DNA from: Oopsacas minuta
Taxonomy: Eukaryota; Animalia; Porifera
Direction: 5' to 3'
NCBI GenBank assembly: GCA_024704765.1
Contig: JAKMXF010000266.1
Coordinates: 496,001-560,000 of the forward strand
Length of the DNA: 64,000 nucleotides
In this document: one piece after another, positions 49,501 to 62,420 of the stretch
Position numbering within the stretch: position 1 is the stretch's first letter
Layout: every line of letters begins with the position of its first letter
Made by a program: the position numbers and the translations under genes
Notes under the pieces: generated by a model
Told to the model about the DNA's origin: nothing
What the model saw: only the letters and a program-made list of their open reading frames with translations
Databases searched by the model: none

Positions 49501-52500
49501 CTGCTACAAGCTACAACAGTAGTCCGAGAGACTTCATACATAGAGGAGTACCAGTTACCAAGTTAGCAGAAACTAAGATAGCGAAAACACTCGAAGAGCT
49601 CAAACACGAATCTGTTGAGAATATCATGAAGCTGTGTACAGAGACTATCCAATCCAACTTTCTAAGCGGAGCTATTATATTCAGTGTAAGCACTAGTGGG
49701 AATACGGGTCATAAGAAAGATGCCTATCTGGTTATAAGCTCTGAATCAGTCGTATTAGTAAAATCAAGCGATTTGTCTCGTCTTACTCCGGATATTTGCA
49801 TAAAAGATATACGGAAGTGGACACCAACTGACTCTATGCTAGACATAGCCTTCACTAATCGGAAAAACCCAAGTCTTACTCAACACTTCCAAATCAAATC
49901 TAATGACACTCACCTTATTAGTTCTACTCTTACAGCAGTAGCTCATACTTACATGTCTAACAAATAAACCCAAACTTCCTTTGGACAGTTTTTTAAGACA
50001 TTTTGTACAATTGTGTGTATGCTAATCATGTACATTTAGTGTAAAGATTGATGTTATGTAGTTTGATTAAACCTTTCTAAACAATAAAATTAGAAATTTC
50101 TAACCATCAATCTAGGTTACAATATACAATCTTCAGCAAACCCATTATTGACTTCATGAATAGCGGGAGGGCAGCTAGCAATCTAGATTGCTGATTAGAA
50201 ACTACCTTCGAATTATAGCTCTATGTCGTATTGGAGAGTAAATGTAAATACTCATATAAGCCGTAAATAGTAGATAATATTAACAGTCGTAGCTTGATTA
50301 TACACGACAAGCCTACATACACTAACTACTTTGCTGCTTATTATTGTTCAGGGTTGTGATTAATAATAATTTCAATCAATATTAAAATGATAGATGGTTA
50401 TGAGAGAATATCTTAAAAAGATAACAATCATATTTATGGATTAAAGAAAATAGGAAACACAGATTGAATTTTTGTATTTCAATAAATAGTATCTTTGAAA
50501 ATCCGATTGAGTGAACTTGTAGATTATTGATTGAATTGGATTGAATTTGGATTATTTGGGAACCATTCAAAGAGTCTATCAATAACTTTAATCAATAGAA
50601 AAGGGATAAATACTAATAATTAACGGATAATATATATATCACAGAGAATTGCTCAATCAAGGTATTGTTATGCTAACGTCAGGTAAAATACTGTGAATCA
50701 GGGTCTATGTAGTTTGTTTTTGCTTTCTTATTGATTGGAATTTTCCTTCGTATTAGTTGATTATGCCTGCTAATTGTGGTTCTGTTTTCTTGCTATTTTA
50801 CTGTGGAAAGAGCTTTATTTCGCATTTCGTAGTTGTTGATTTGTTGTTTCAAAGGTATAATTGGGTGAGATCATCCACCAGTAACCTGATGTCCTGGTTT
50901 CGAATCCCAATCAGGCCTTACGTTTTTCGACCGTATTTACCTGAAATCTGTCTAAGATGGATAGAATACCTGCTTTAAGCAATTCCCTGTGATTAAATCA
51001 CTCAGCTATATATACAATACTCCGAGTTATTAAATGGTCGATATATAATCGATGATTTTATCGATTATCATTTGGATTGGCAACTCTCCATTTTCCGGAA
51101 TACCAAATACACATTCGTATACTTGTTTAGTCAAAACATAATCATGCTATACATATACAGAGCCCCGAAAAAATTCGCGAGAAATATTAAATAGTAATAA
51201 ATTAGAGTTTAGAGTACCATAATTCAATGAATAAGCACCGGAGAGTAACTCAAGAAAAATACAGTATTAATATCGGATAAATTAATGAACATATATTACC
51301 TGTCCTTTTCTTGTATTGATTTCTCTAAATTTACAGTCATCTTATCGAGTTGAGATCTCAGCATATTATTCTCTTCATTAACAGCCAAAACCTTGTCTTC
51401 TGCGGCTTTTCTCGCCTTCTCATTCTTTCCCTCGACAGGATAAGATCTATCTACTAGAATAGCATCTTCTAACTGTCTGGAGAGAGTTAAGCACTCTGCT
51501 TGACTGCTAGTTAAGTTGTGATTAGCTGATTCCAATCTTAGAGGTAAATATAACAATAAAACGATAAATGCCTTTGACATTAGGTAACTTATAACTCCAG
51601 GGGAAATAAAATATGTTGAAATAACGGATGCCCTTAATACCTTATTTAATGTTACCCAATCTCGAAAAAACCACAGCAATTTCAAATGGTTCATTTATCA
51701 AATAATCCATTATATTATGTATATTATTAACCATCCGAAGTTTAAGGAAGCATAATCTTACAAATTTGGTATCTCGATAGAGTTTTATCTTCTCACAGGG
51801 GTTAGAGATATCGGTTATTAACTGAATAAACTCTAAACTGTAAACTGTAAATACTAATTTTATGATAACATACAACAATCCATAAAACGGTTGTACAATT
51901 TTTAAGCAGGAAATTGGATAATTCCTTCGTATAGTCAGCTGCGTTCAATATATCACTAAAATAAGCAAACTAAAAACCTTACCAAAAAAGCTAATAACAT
52001 AAACTGATAAGATGTTAATACTTCATAAACATGGGTATAGTTGCAGAAAAGAAATAATACTAGTATGTTCCAGGTTATCATTTCTAACCGCGTTGGTAAA
52101 GGTGCTCAGGTGATTTTATCAAAAAATGCAAACAGTATGTATAATCACCCAAATATCCTTTTCTGTGCAATTACTGAGTAAAATCTCTATTACATATGAG
52201 ACTAATAGTAAAATATTTTGAAATTTAGAAGATCAAGAATTTTAGCGAAAACTGAAAACCCCAACTATTACGTTTGGGAATAAAATAGTTTTTGGCTTGT
52301 CAAGAAATATTAAACAATAGGATAAATAAATAAATAAACCTTCGGGGGTATATAGTAAATTCCCGTTATAACGAAGTGATTCTTACCCCCTATAACTTGA
52401 AAGTAATGGCTTTTACTCAGAATTCAGCTTAAACGAAATGAAACCGGTAATTACTAGAGTTTACTGTAGTATATTATTTATTTATGCTAGTGACACAAAC

Positions 52501-53682
52501 CTGGCTTGAAATTCTAACTTCTCCTGTTGACTCAGTTCGAATTGTGTTCTTAGTTGTATAATATCTTGTTCCTGTTTATTCTTAGTATCAAAGAGTTCTC
52601 TCTCAGAATTTATCAGCCTATTGGTGTCAACATCTGAAGATGCTTTCTTTTCTGTATAGAGTACATACAAATATAGATATGGAATTATATGAAATATAGA
52701 TTTTGTTCATGTGGCGCTTCTTATCGTAATATGACCATAGAATCACATGCTCACATGTACACGATATCACTAGAGAATTACGTCATCTAGATGTTAGTTA
52801 CCTAATGCTTCTCTCAGCTGGCTGTCTGACAATTGTTTATTAATTTTTAATTGAAGTAATTCACGCTCTAATTGATTAGTTTTAGTCTGCTCGCTTCTCA
52901 ATAGAGTCTGTAGCTCCATCTTATCCTCCGCAAGCACTGTAAGTGCGTTCTGTTGTGCTTGTGAGTTGGTAGAGGTAGGAGAAGGCCTCAAAGGAGGAGA
53001 TGATGAGACAGGGAGTACTGTTGAGTACTGTGCATGAGTCCTATAGAAATGAGTATTTACTTGGTACACCAAAAAAGTATTAAAAGTGAATAATTCTGGC
53101 AATTTCTAACCAGAACCTAAGCATAAATTAGTCAATGAATTAATTACTGAAAATTCATTGAACTCATGATTTACGTCAATAATTTGGTTGCGAGGACATT
53201 TATCAATCTATATTACTGGTTAGAAACCCTTTAGTACATAATTGATGTCGAAATATACGTCACCAACGAAATTGAGACTTCGACTAGTTGAAATCTAGCG
53301 AGTCCTCAAATTCGTCGGTAACATATACACTGTTCATTTCACCCATGTAAATCTATTGTTTAGGATAATACGAATAGCCAACACGAATAAGGATTCATTG
53401 TAACACTAACATATTTCTAGTGAAGTCAGTTGTAGTAGGAGAAATATTTCTGTTAGGTTCTACAGACATGTGTTGCAAGCTGCGTGATATACTTGACAAT
53501 TGTTGGGTAGATTTAGATCTGATATCAGAATATTTATGTGTATGTGTAACCTCAGGTAAAACATGGTGAGATTGAGTTACTCTCTGCTGAGGCAGACCCT
53601 CTTCTTTTTTCTCACGTTTATATTCCTTTAATTTCTTTTTCGCAAAGCTATGATAATTGCTGGGGGGATTTAATGATTTCAT
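43588..53682 (-). CDS. GOLGA2: Golgin subfamily A member 2 (GM130); exons ~53411-53682, 52802-53040, 52501-52651, 51300-51536, 45458-45704, 43588-44571
   Basis: N-terminal AKKKLKEY, long coiled coil, GETDTIGEYVSLYQSQR, C-terminal CPCCTGSLLVV; junction phases match. Start codon uncertain. Confidence 0.88.
46593..47753 (-). CDS. Talin-head-like FERM (F1-F2-F3) protein, copy A, no rod domain, intronless
   Basis: RLSKSLSLAEQKV resembles talin F1 WLDHGRTLREQGV; QGSIPQNEDTAC resembles F2 NGSHPVSFDKAC; SGAIIFSV...LVISSESV...IKDIREW...LDIAF...LISSTL resembles the F3 PTB-like lobe. Confidence 0.7.
   Translation of the reverse strand: MSILTRDFTKSESNSVKKVSIKSNKSSYNQFQTSDDALEIDGLADIEDHSEYSLPIAIQSQNDYLSIKDNYVLFYIQFASVQNGFFKDVININIPVQDMINRYSKFFDNRYEFVQSHLLVGPRISVKPKKLASKHLLNPKKSKTFANYYNRLSKSLSLAEQKVTACHILIISPPSDAKFNKEMFQVYLNSKTEQTLFAERWLPAVQGSIPQNEDTACVVAACLHTLNSIQNTATSYNSSPRDFIHRGVPVTKLAETKIAKTLEELKHESVENIMKLCTETIQSNFLSGAIIFSVSTSGTTGHKKDAYLVISSESVVLVKSSDLSRLTPDICIKDIREWTPTDSMLDIAFTNRKNPSLTQHFQIKSNDTHLISSTLTAVAHTYMSNK
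48816..49967 (+). CDS. Talin-head-like FERM protein, copy B, divergently oriented paralog of copy A
   Basis: Near-identical to copy A from YSLPIAIQ onward, except a ~30-aa basic patch and a few substitutions. Confidence 0.7.
   Translation: MTSVYPKSNVKSKHIKKQAAKPKGKYNKFDSSSDDFELIGLEDIEDAEYSLPIAIQSQNDYLSIKDNYVLFYIQFASVQNGFFKDVININIPVQDMINRYSKFFDNRYEFEQSHLLVGPRIGVNQHKLTSGYSLSHKKDKRRGHLKDRLSKSLSLAEQKVTACHILIISPPSDAKFNKEMFQVYLNSKTEQTLFAERWLPAVQGSIPQNEDTACVVAACLHTLNSIQNTATSYNSSPRDFIHRGVPVTKLAETKIAKTLEELKHESVENIMKLCTETIQSNFLSGAIIFSVSTSGNTGHKKDAYLVISSESVVLVKSSDLSRLTPDICIKDIRKWTPTDSMLDIAFTNRKNPSLTQHFQIKSNDTHLISSTLTAVAHTYMSNK
50848..50918 (+). other. Degenerate tRNA-like / SINE-head sequence
   Basis: B-box-like GGTTTCGAATCCC preceded by an anticodon-arm-like CATCCACCAGTAACCTGATG; acceptor stem and A box poorly preserved. 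Confidence 0.3.
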
Positions 53683-54958
53683 TCTAGCTAATAATAGATC
53701 TATGAAACAAAAGAGGTTACCTCAATTCATGTATAATTAGTTTTTACGATAGCATATTTCTAAGTATTCTGTGTCTATAACACATAATATATACGTAAGA
53801 CACACATAAGCAAGAAACGATGTTTGAACTTAGTTCTTACTGCTAACGTGCTAATCATACAACAAATTGAGGAAAAGGTGGGTAATACCAGATTAAAGTA
53901 AGAGAACAGGTGTCTCGTCGTCATAAATATATAAATTACTAATAAATAATTGTTAATATGGTGTATACAAGCTTTGGTAGACAACAAGGTGTTGTCACAA
54001 AATTGTATATACCACAACCACATTCCTGAGTAGTCAGGGAGAGGGATGGTTATTCGTTCCATTGAGGTATGTAACTATGTATATTGTGAGAAGAGTTATT
54101 AAAAATGAATTTAATAGAAGAAAATTTGCCAAAAACTACATTATACTGAACCAAGCTAAGCCAATGAAGATACACCTCAAAGTTTGTATATGTGGATCTA
54201 AGTCTTATATAATTACAAACTACTTTGGCCACTGTTAGTTGGAAACATACAGCTCCACCGCCCGTATCTGATTTGGCTATCGCAACAATATTGTCATTAT
54301 TTCACCATTTACTCAATGCAATTCAGCTACAGAGTGTATAATCTAGCTAATAGTACAATAGAGATTACATTTTCTTATCGTATACCATATTCTCATATCA
54401 AATTTAACTTTAGTCATTTTAATATTTTTATGAATGAACCGATTTTCCCGCTGATACGCCACAAAATAATGAGATAATGATAATGAACCGCCCGCATGCA
54501 TGCATGTTTATGGATCTCATATGGAGCTGAAACAAGTTCCTCATTAACATGGCCTTATACAGCGATTATCGATATCACCGATGATACATTTCAATAGACC
54601 TCGTTCAGAAACTTTGTCTGGTTATATATCTCATCAGTAAAATCTAGCCATTATCAGTAGATATTGAATAGGGATTTTATGTACCGGTAATAACTGTATG
54701 TATAAAACAATTCTTTAAACAATCAAATCTAACCCAATCAACCTCCATAATAAATTATTCAAAAAAGATGTAGGATGGTAACAATATTGTAATAGTTTAA
54801 CTGAATATATGAACTGTTGGATTAGATATAAGTTCTATTAATAGTGGAAAGTTAAGTAAGGATAAATGGATGTATTCTTGATCAATACTTACATTTATGA
54901 TAAATTATTCAATTAGAATAGTAGTACAGTACACGTATGAGTTCTGATGCAATTCTTA

Positions 54959-57900
54959 TCAGTTAACAGCCAGTGTTGATGGTGGTTTGTTCCTAACGTT
55001 AGGACTGAGTGTAGTAGAAGTTGGTTTCTTTAAACTATTGCTTCTCTTTCTAAGTTGTGTTTTGTACATTGCATCATAGAAGGCTGTAGATTCAGGGTTA
55101 TTTCTGTTTATTTCATCTTTTAGGCGTTCGAAGCGTTCCAATTCATACTCATCTGTTGCCTTTGATTGTTTAGTAGGCTGCTCTGTGGATACTGTATCTG
55201 ATTCAACTAAAGGAGTGTATAGTTTGCTAAGAAATTCTGATAAATAAATTACCAGAGCCTTCGTTTCAAGTAGATCGAGATAGCTTGTATTCTCGTATTA
55301 TTAACGAATTATATTGTAGATTTATAGACTAATTGTAAGTCAAAACTGAACTGATCAGAATAACATATTTGCGTTTTGGAATGACCATAAATTGATGATA
55401 ATAGATTGAGGTTATTATGGATAATGCATATTAGCTGCTTGAATCATTCAAGGCAGTCCAAATATAATTTATAGTTCTTATGAGGTAAATATTCAAATTA
55501 GTTAAGGTTTGTCTTTGGGGAAATCGATCGAGCTTCAAATAGATTAACCATTTAAAAATCACCACGGGACTAAGTAGATCAGTTACATTTGAGTTAAAAC
55601 TATTTCATTGAAAATGGCAAAGAATTATGAATGTTCGAAATCTTATAATAATGATCTCAAAATGTAGATTAATTGAAAAACCGCGTTTAAATGTAAGCTT
55701 GATATATCGCATGACGTACATTTCAGTTCTAACAATATGTAATGAAATTCATTGAAATGATCGAGATTTGAAATTTCAGTAATTCATTGACTTAGAGATT
55801 ATTAGTTAAAAGCACTTCTGTTAGAAATGCTGTCTGATACACGATTTCTCAATATAGTCCAGCTCTTAGATGTCATAATGGTACCAACGATGTGTGACTT
55901 CTATACGTTCGTCTGCTCCGCAAATTGGTACTTAGGTGTGTACTCTGTATGGAGTAATTTTCAGAGTAGAACTTTACAAATACACAAATTCATCATATTT
56001 CACACCTTAGACCATGGACGGTTTCAATTCAGAATTAATTCCTTCAATTCCCATTCCGCAGTCAAATTTTCGGACTTAATTCTCATTCTCAGCCCTTTAA
56101 TTACAGGAATTATGGACTTAAGTCCCATTCCCATTCTGAATGGGAATGGGACTTGAAACATAAATCCCAATTCCATTCATGAATTGAACCCATTACTGCC
56201 TTAGATATAGATTTAAATGATATTACGATGTATTGACTCCAATGACTAATTAAGCAAATTATCCCCCGCCACTCCAAATCTGTTGACTATGACATTTTTG
56301 TATTACGAAACACTATGATGTGCTATTAGATACGGGAGCCGTACATGTCCATAATATTTGCTTACATCACAACTGTATATAAAGTAATTAAAGTAAACCT
56401 CAGTCAATACACCTGTGTTATATAATATAAGCTATTACGTATTTCATAACTCACAAATTGTCTTCTCATTATTAATGGAAATACATATAAAGTTAATGTA
56501 AGGAATAAATCATACATAGGGATACTTGCCAACCTGAGTGAAGAAAAGCGCGAAGGAAGGTACTGATTTAGCGGGATATTGCGGGATGTAGCAGATTGTA
56601 TTAGACTGTACTGCAAAAAAGCAGGACAATAAAGGTTTTTGGCGAGACAGTTGGCAAGTATGCATCGGGATATCGTCATATGTTTTTATACGATAATCGT
56701 ATTTAACTAGAATAGAGATTTCAAGTAGACTAAAATCTCAATGAATATCAAAACAAATTCTTATATCCCATACTACAGCAGGGGTTTCCAATCTTTTCAC
56801 CCGTGGACCCCCTACCATAGGATGCAATACAAATTTTGAGAACCTGTGGACCCTTGTTGTCGTTAATGTATCACTGGGATCAATTTTGGAAACAGCGTAA
56901 TAGAAATCCCTTAACTCAGCTTTTTAATGGGTAAGAACAGCCCTGTTGGTGAATTTTGTTGGATATTTTTCATCAAGGATTCTGACCCAACACATAGTAC
57001 TATTAAAGTAGATAATATTAAGCTACATACCCATAGTATTATTTTGTAGAGGAAAAATCTGCAGGTACCAAGTTTCAAACTCATTCAACATTTTCTGTCT
57101 GGATTGATCTACCATAACCTGACAATGTTCAGTTTGAGGTCTCACTACTTGTATCTGATTCATGAGCTCTTTATACTTCCCTTTAAGTTCAGTTAATCTA
57201 TGAATATTTTCAAATTCTTCCTGCTCCAATACTGTTTCCCTTCTTTCGTGTAGTTTATTTGTTTCTAGGAAATGTTTATGACTATCAATCTCCTTTTTAA
57301 TATCATTTAATGCTAGAGTTTGTTCGTGTAGAATTTTCCTCTTCTCATGCAATATAGATTTGTTCTCTACCAGAACTTTATTGATGCCTCTACCTCGTTC
57401 TTTCTTAAATTCTTCAAATGCCTAACAAAAATTGAGAGAATAATACAAATTCCACTTACCAGCGGTTCCCAACCTGAGGTCCACCAGATGTCGAGTCCAG
57501 TTAATCAGACCACGTTACTCTGAACAAAGCTTTCGGATTAAGTGGAGATGACTATACCGTATTTGCTATAGTAGCACCAGCTATCAGATTTGGTATATAC
57601 TATTAATTATCCGGTCTGAACTAACTAAGGTTATGACTTCACAACCATGGAATTCAGTTGGTTATTAATCACATGCAAGCGAAGTATGAATTTAGCTCGC
57701 ATGGTAGGCAATTTTCTGGGATAGACGATAATTCGAGTAAATACGATATGTATTGATTGAATATAGTAAAACTCAGTTAATAGTAGAGTTCCTGCTATAT
57801 TTACATAGAAATGTAGTATGTTAATTAATTTTGGTTCAGAAATGTCGTAAGGATTAACCTGAAGTACAAGATGTTATCCTGGGTAAGTATTACCCGTACC

Positions 57901-60900
57901 GAGTTCTGCTACATAATCAACCGCATAGCTGTTACCATTCAAATTATACGTATAGAATTTAATTTTCTTAAAATGGTGGAAATATCGCATAGAAACGTCT
58001 AAAGAGGGGTAATCTAAAGAAGGGCAAATTCGACTATCGACAATATCATTAACTAATATCAATGTTATCCTTACTTCCTGTTTGCTGGGAGGAGCATCAT
58101 TATTTTCCCTAAGTGAACCGAGAGAAGAACATGAAGTGTCCTGGTCACGCCCTCCCTCATGTACTCCAGGTCCCTGCTGGTTAGAAGGGACTGATTTTTT
58201 CTTGGTTGCAGCAGTGATTGGGTTGCTATGAGCTCCCTGTAAATGGGAGGGAACTACCCCTATACCAAATCCTTGACTGTCTATATCTCCCACCTGTGTG
58301 TCACGTTCCTTCCCCTTCTCCTCGGGTACCGGCTGAGGGGCGGGGCGAGAAAGATTCTGAGTAGTGCGACCTCCTCTGGAGCCAGAACGATCTGACTTTT
58401 CTTTGCGACCTAAATTACATATCTGTTGTTGATAACCTCCATTGAGTCATAAAGGGACTATCTGGTGAACGATCCCAATTAACAGAATCCATTGTATTAT
58501 TATAACAGTATAACCTGTATGAGTAGAATGTACATGAGCAGTATTTACAGCAGATGAGGTAGATGCTGCTGCTATCTCTACAGAAGGAGCTGTGTTAACT
58601 GTTGTAGGAGTTCTCGAGTTAGATGTAGAGGTAGATCTTACTAGTGTCCTGAAATGAGATAGTAGTTCTTTCACTTGTCTCAGGTTCTGAATGTCTAACT
58701 CTGGAATACTTCCTATAATCGTACAAAGTAAATACATGTAGATATACCTCCAGTAATAAACATACAATCAAATAGAAAACTATTAAATTCCAAAATGAAT
58801 AATTGAGAACTTCAGAATACAGTGGAAATTATTGAAACGGTTATTAACAAGCCGTTACTTGTAATTACGACCGTTGCTGTGGGAATGGAATTTCAATTCC
58901 CATTCCCATTCCCACAGGAAATGCTATGGGAATTCCTATTCTCACTGCAACCCTGGATATTATACATGTATTATTAGCCCCTAATGTATTCTTACATTAT
59001 ACGTTGATAATTTCTGTAGATTTCACTTAACAACTAAATTTCTAACCTCGTGTGTTACTTTAAAATTTTGTAATAATCAATTCAGATCAAGAATGGTAAT
59101 AAAATTAGAATAGAATATATAAAGTAAATTTCGTTTGAGGATTTGAGAGAGATAATTATCAATTGGATGCCTAATACATTGATTTACTATTAGCTAATAA
59201 ACACAAGCTCTAGAACTCACCCTCAATATACTTCTGTATCTGTCCCTGCATTAACTTAATCTGTACCTCACTCATAGGTTCATAACTAACATCTCTTCTA
59301 CCACTAAGAGCATCCTGTAGCTTTAGCTCCTGTCTTAGATGCTTGATCTCCTTCTCATACTCTTCTAACATAATATAAGGATCTTGCTGTATTGCCTGCT
59401 GGGGAGTAGAACGTACACACATCATCCTCTGAGAGAATCTTAGAGTGGATAAAGTCTCATCTATATGTTCCTCTTCTGTCCATATATTAGCTATCAGTAT
59501 TGTTTGACATGATCCTCCAATGCTATAAGGGATTATTATACGTAATAATGTGTAAGTTACTACAGTTTTCATGGTAATTAGTGAAATTAGGTAAAAAGAG
59601 TTCAAATCCATTATAGCTTACCTATCCTTGAGGAAGTGAGTGAGTTTGCTCTGTCTATAAGGCACATGATCACGTTTAGTATCTGCTAGAGCAACCACAA
59701 CCTGCTCCAGGAATGTAAGAGACTTATTAATGTACAGAGCTTCTTTCTGTACATTACCTCCTGATCCTGTCTTCTTTAATCTCTCAGATCCTGCTAGGTC
59801 TACTATGTTAAGCTTAGACTGGAAGTAACGAGAAGTAGAGTGAGTACGAGATCTGCTCTCAATGTACAGAGTGAAGATACAATGAGACCTATAAAACAAT
59901 TGATTTATTCATATTTTCATATAATTGTAGACCCTCGCTAATCCGAACAGCCCCGTACAAATGAAATAATTATAATTCGGATTAGTGAATAGCATTGCAT
60001 TAATAAAATACTATAGCACATATTATGAATGTTGTAGAAACAATGAAAAGGCTGTAAATATTTGTAATAATATACATGTACAGCAGAACTCGGATAAGAC
60101 GTGACCCTTGGAGAAACATAATTAGTACGTATGTACTATCCGAGTATACGTCTTAACTGAGGTAAACTGTAATATTTTAATCCGCAGTAGAATATTAGAA
60201 TTGTGTAATGATTTATAGCTGCAGAACGAAGTTGTTTCCTCTATTCGATGAGAAAACTCACAAATTTTCAATCATAAATGACAAATACCTTTCTCCAATA
60301 AAGAAACGAACAAAGCATCCAAACAAATACTTAAAATATGTTCAGTAAAACCTCGAAAAGATGTTTTCCATTGCTACACAAAATGTAATAAAAGTGAACA
60401 CTTCTTATATGTGAACATTTGGCTTGTCCCAGATGTTCACTTCTTGGAGGCTTTACTGTATTTATACATCCCTAATTAAAGTGTGCCTGTTGATTGCAAC
60501 TACCAAAGGAATTGACCGAAAACATACATTTCAACTGATTCCACTATAATATGCAAACCTTGAAGACACTCTATTCAACATATGTTCCCCAATACAACGA
60601 TTAGTCTCTCCCTCAAACAGAAAGTTAAGAGCCTCTTCCTCATTTCTAGATTGTCTAACACTCAATCCTTTAACCCCAACAACACCACACTCCTCTGTCA
60701 CTACAAGTTTATCACTCACACTATCATTTAATCCTCCTAACAAATCGTATAACGATTCATTGTATATCTCTAGATATGAAGCTTTAATACTAACATCCTG
60801 TTCATATCTCTCATCTATCTCCTGATATAGATTGTGTATTAATCGTGGTAATATCCCGCGATGTCTGTAGCTCTGTCCGGGACCTGATATGGAGTAGGTC

Positions 60901-61728
60901 TTACCAGCTCCTGTCTGTCCGAAGGCTAGCACAGTACCGCTGTATCCGTCTAGTGCACGGGATACCAAATCTTCTGCACATGACTCGAATACCTAGATTG
61001 TGTAGAATAATAATTATTACATGACATTTTAGAGTAATACATAATTCATAATATATAAACTAGTTATTAATACATTATTGACGCCCTCCTAAGGTCTGTA
61101 GCCAGATGCCAAAAAGCGAAACCCTGGCAGTGTTTCACCAGACATTTAGGCAAGGGGGACTAATTACCCCCTCACCCCCTGCTCTACCCCTTGGATTTAT
61201 TCAGGGATTTATGGTATATAATAGAATGCAATGATGAGTGATATGCAATACAGTGTAACATTCACAAACGGGGTGCCAGGGTTGCCGAAAATGCTACCCC
61301 GTTCTTAGAGGTTCATTTAATGGGATTAGAAATTCGCTTTATATATTTTTCACTCCGTTTCCAGAGATCTCCCGTTTGAGGTAAAACTATGTAATGAAAG
61401 CTAATAAGTTAATATTCATATAAATATACCTCTTAAACATAAACAGATTTAAAATCAAATTAATATCGGAGTTTCTATAAAGTTGTGTTCACGAGATAAA
61501 TAATAAACATTTCACAACCTCTTCCTGCGAAACATTATGCAGTAGTCCGTCTACAGTGAATGAGAAGTCCAGCTGTTGATTATCTATATGTCCCCGTGTA
61601 GGATGTGGAGGTAGATGTACTTTAATTGTATTAGTAGATGTGTCTAACTCCAGGAGATCATCAGCAAACTGACAGGTTGGCTTAGTACGGATATAAACTT
61701 GTACTCTGTCTGTCTTCCTAGCTAGCAT
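54959..61728 (-). CDS. KIF9: Kinesin-like protein KIF9; exons 61519-61728, 60559-60992, 59622-59888, 59221-59522, 58515-58712, 58075-58409, 57031-57421, 54959-55236
   Basis: P-loop GQTGAGKT, SSR|SHCIF, IVDLAGSER, HVPYRQSKLT, KIF9-type AFEEFKKERG and C-terminal PESTAFYDA; all junctions GT-AG and in phase. Confidence 0.93.
56120..56154. repeat. Perfect 17-bp-arm palindrome (AAGTCCCATTCCCATTC-T-GAATGGGAATGGGACTT)
   Basis: Arms checked base by base; related GGGAAT/ATTCCC hairpins near 58878-58915 and 28795. Confidence 0.85.
56522..56661. mobile_element. MITE with perfect 12-bp TIR (ATACTTGCCAAC/GTTGGCAAGTAT)
   Basis: Exact inverted termini around a GC-richer 116-nt core. Confidence 0.6.
60079..60171. 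mobile_element. Short pogo-type MITE in a KIF9 intron
   Basis: TACAGCAGAACTCGGATAAGACGT...ACGTCTTAACTGAGGTAAACTGTA imperfect TIRs. Confidence 0.55.
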
Positions 61729-61854
61729 TCTGTGCTTATTAAAAGTAATTTATATGACAGATAATTATAATAAATACTTATTTATAACAGGTGCAAGTGA
61801 GATTGTAAACAAATATGTAAATAAATGGACAGCTCTAATAAATGTATACTAATA

Positions 61855-62102
61855 TACACTCCCTGGCCAAAAGTATTGGAACACCCTGCCACAATTGACA
61901 CCTGGCACCAAAGGCATGTTACCTTAGTTGTATACTAATAGGCTAAAGGTGATTTTTTAAAATATATAACTTAAATATATCATAAGCAACGAATGATAAC
62001 ACGAAATTGTCTACTTTCTGCAATTGCATAGAATCTTTCAACATATTAATGCCTTGTGCCACAAGTGGTAAAGTGTTCCAATACTTTTGGCCAGGCAATG
62101 TA
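61855..62102. mobile_element. Tc1-like non-autonomous element
   Basis: ~30-bp TIRs (TA|CACTCCCTGGCCAAAAGTATTGGAACAC and GTGTTCCAATACTTTTGGCCAGGCAATG|TA) with TA flanks; no transposase. Confidence 0.8.
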
Positions 62103-62420
62103 TATTTTTGCTGTAAGAATGTGGATACAGTGGGTATCGCCCACAAGAACACCGGTTAAAAGAACATATGTTAATACTCCCAAGGGTGTTCTTATAAGCG
62201 ATAACCACTGTATATATTTCCAATTTGTACACTATACTATATGTAGTATAGCCGGTATTTCTCTACAAAAATAACTAATAAACTAGATTGTTTAGATCAT
62301 TTTTGCCATTGTCAACCTCCTATTTTCTCAAATAAATTAGGCTAAAACTTCACTAAAGTAGCAGAAGTTATAATTATATGCATTCAATCAATTTCACTCT
62401 CAGTACGTATTCAATAAGCG

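Larger units (their letters stand above)
46578..49981. repeat. Inverted duplication: arms ~46578-47609 and ~48955-49981, spacer ~1.35 kb
   Basis: The reverse complement of the left arm matches the right arm from CAGAATATTCGCTACC to about 15 nt past the stop codons. Confidence 0.95.

Noticed and set aside
54240-54300. Possible extra coding exon for GOLGA2 ending at a GTATGT donor
   Set aside because: No open frame from an ATG or acceptor into the donor; at most a 5'UTR exon.
55827-56679. ORFs 55827-56156 and 56404-56679 in the last KIF9 intron
   Set aside because: They overlap palindromic and MITE repeats and lack protein motifs.
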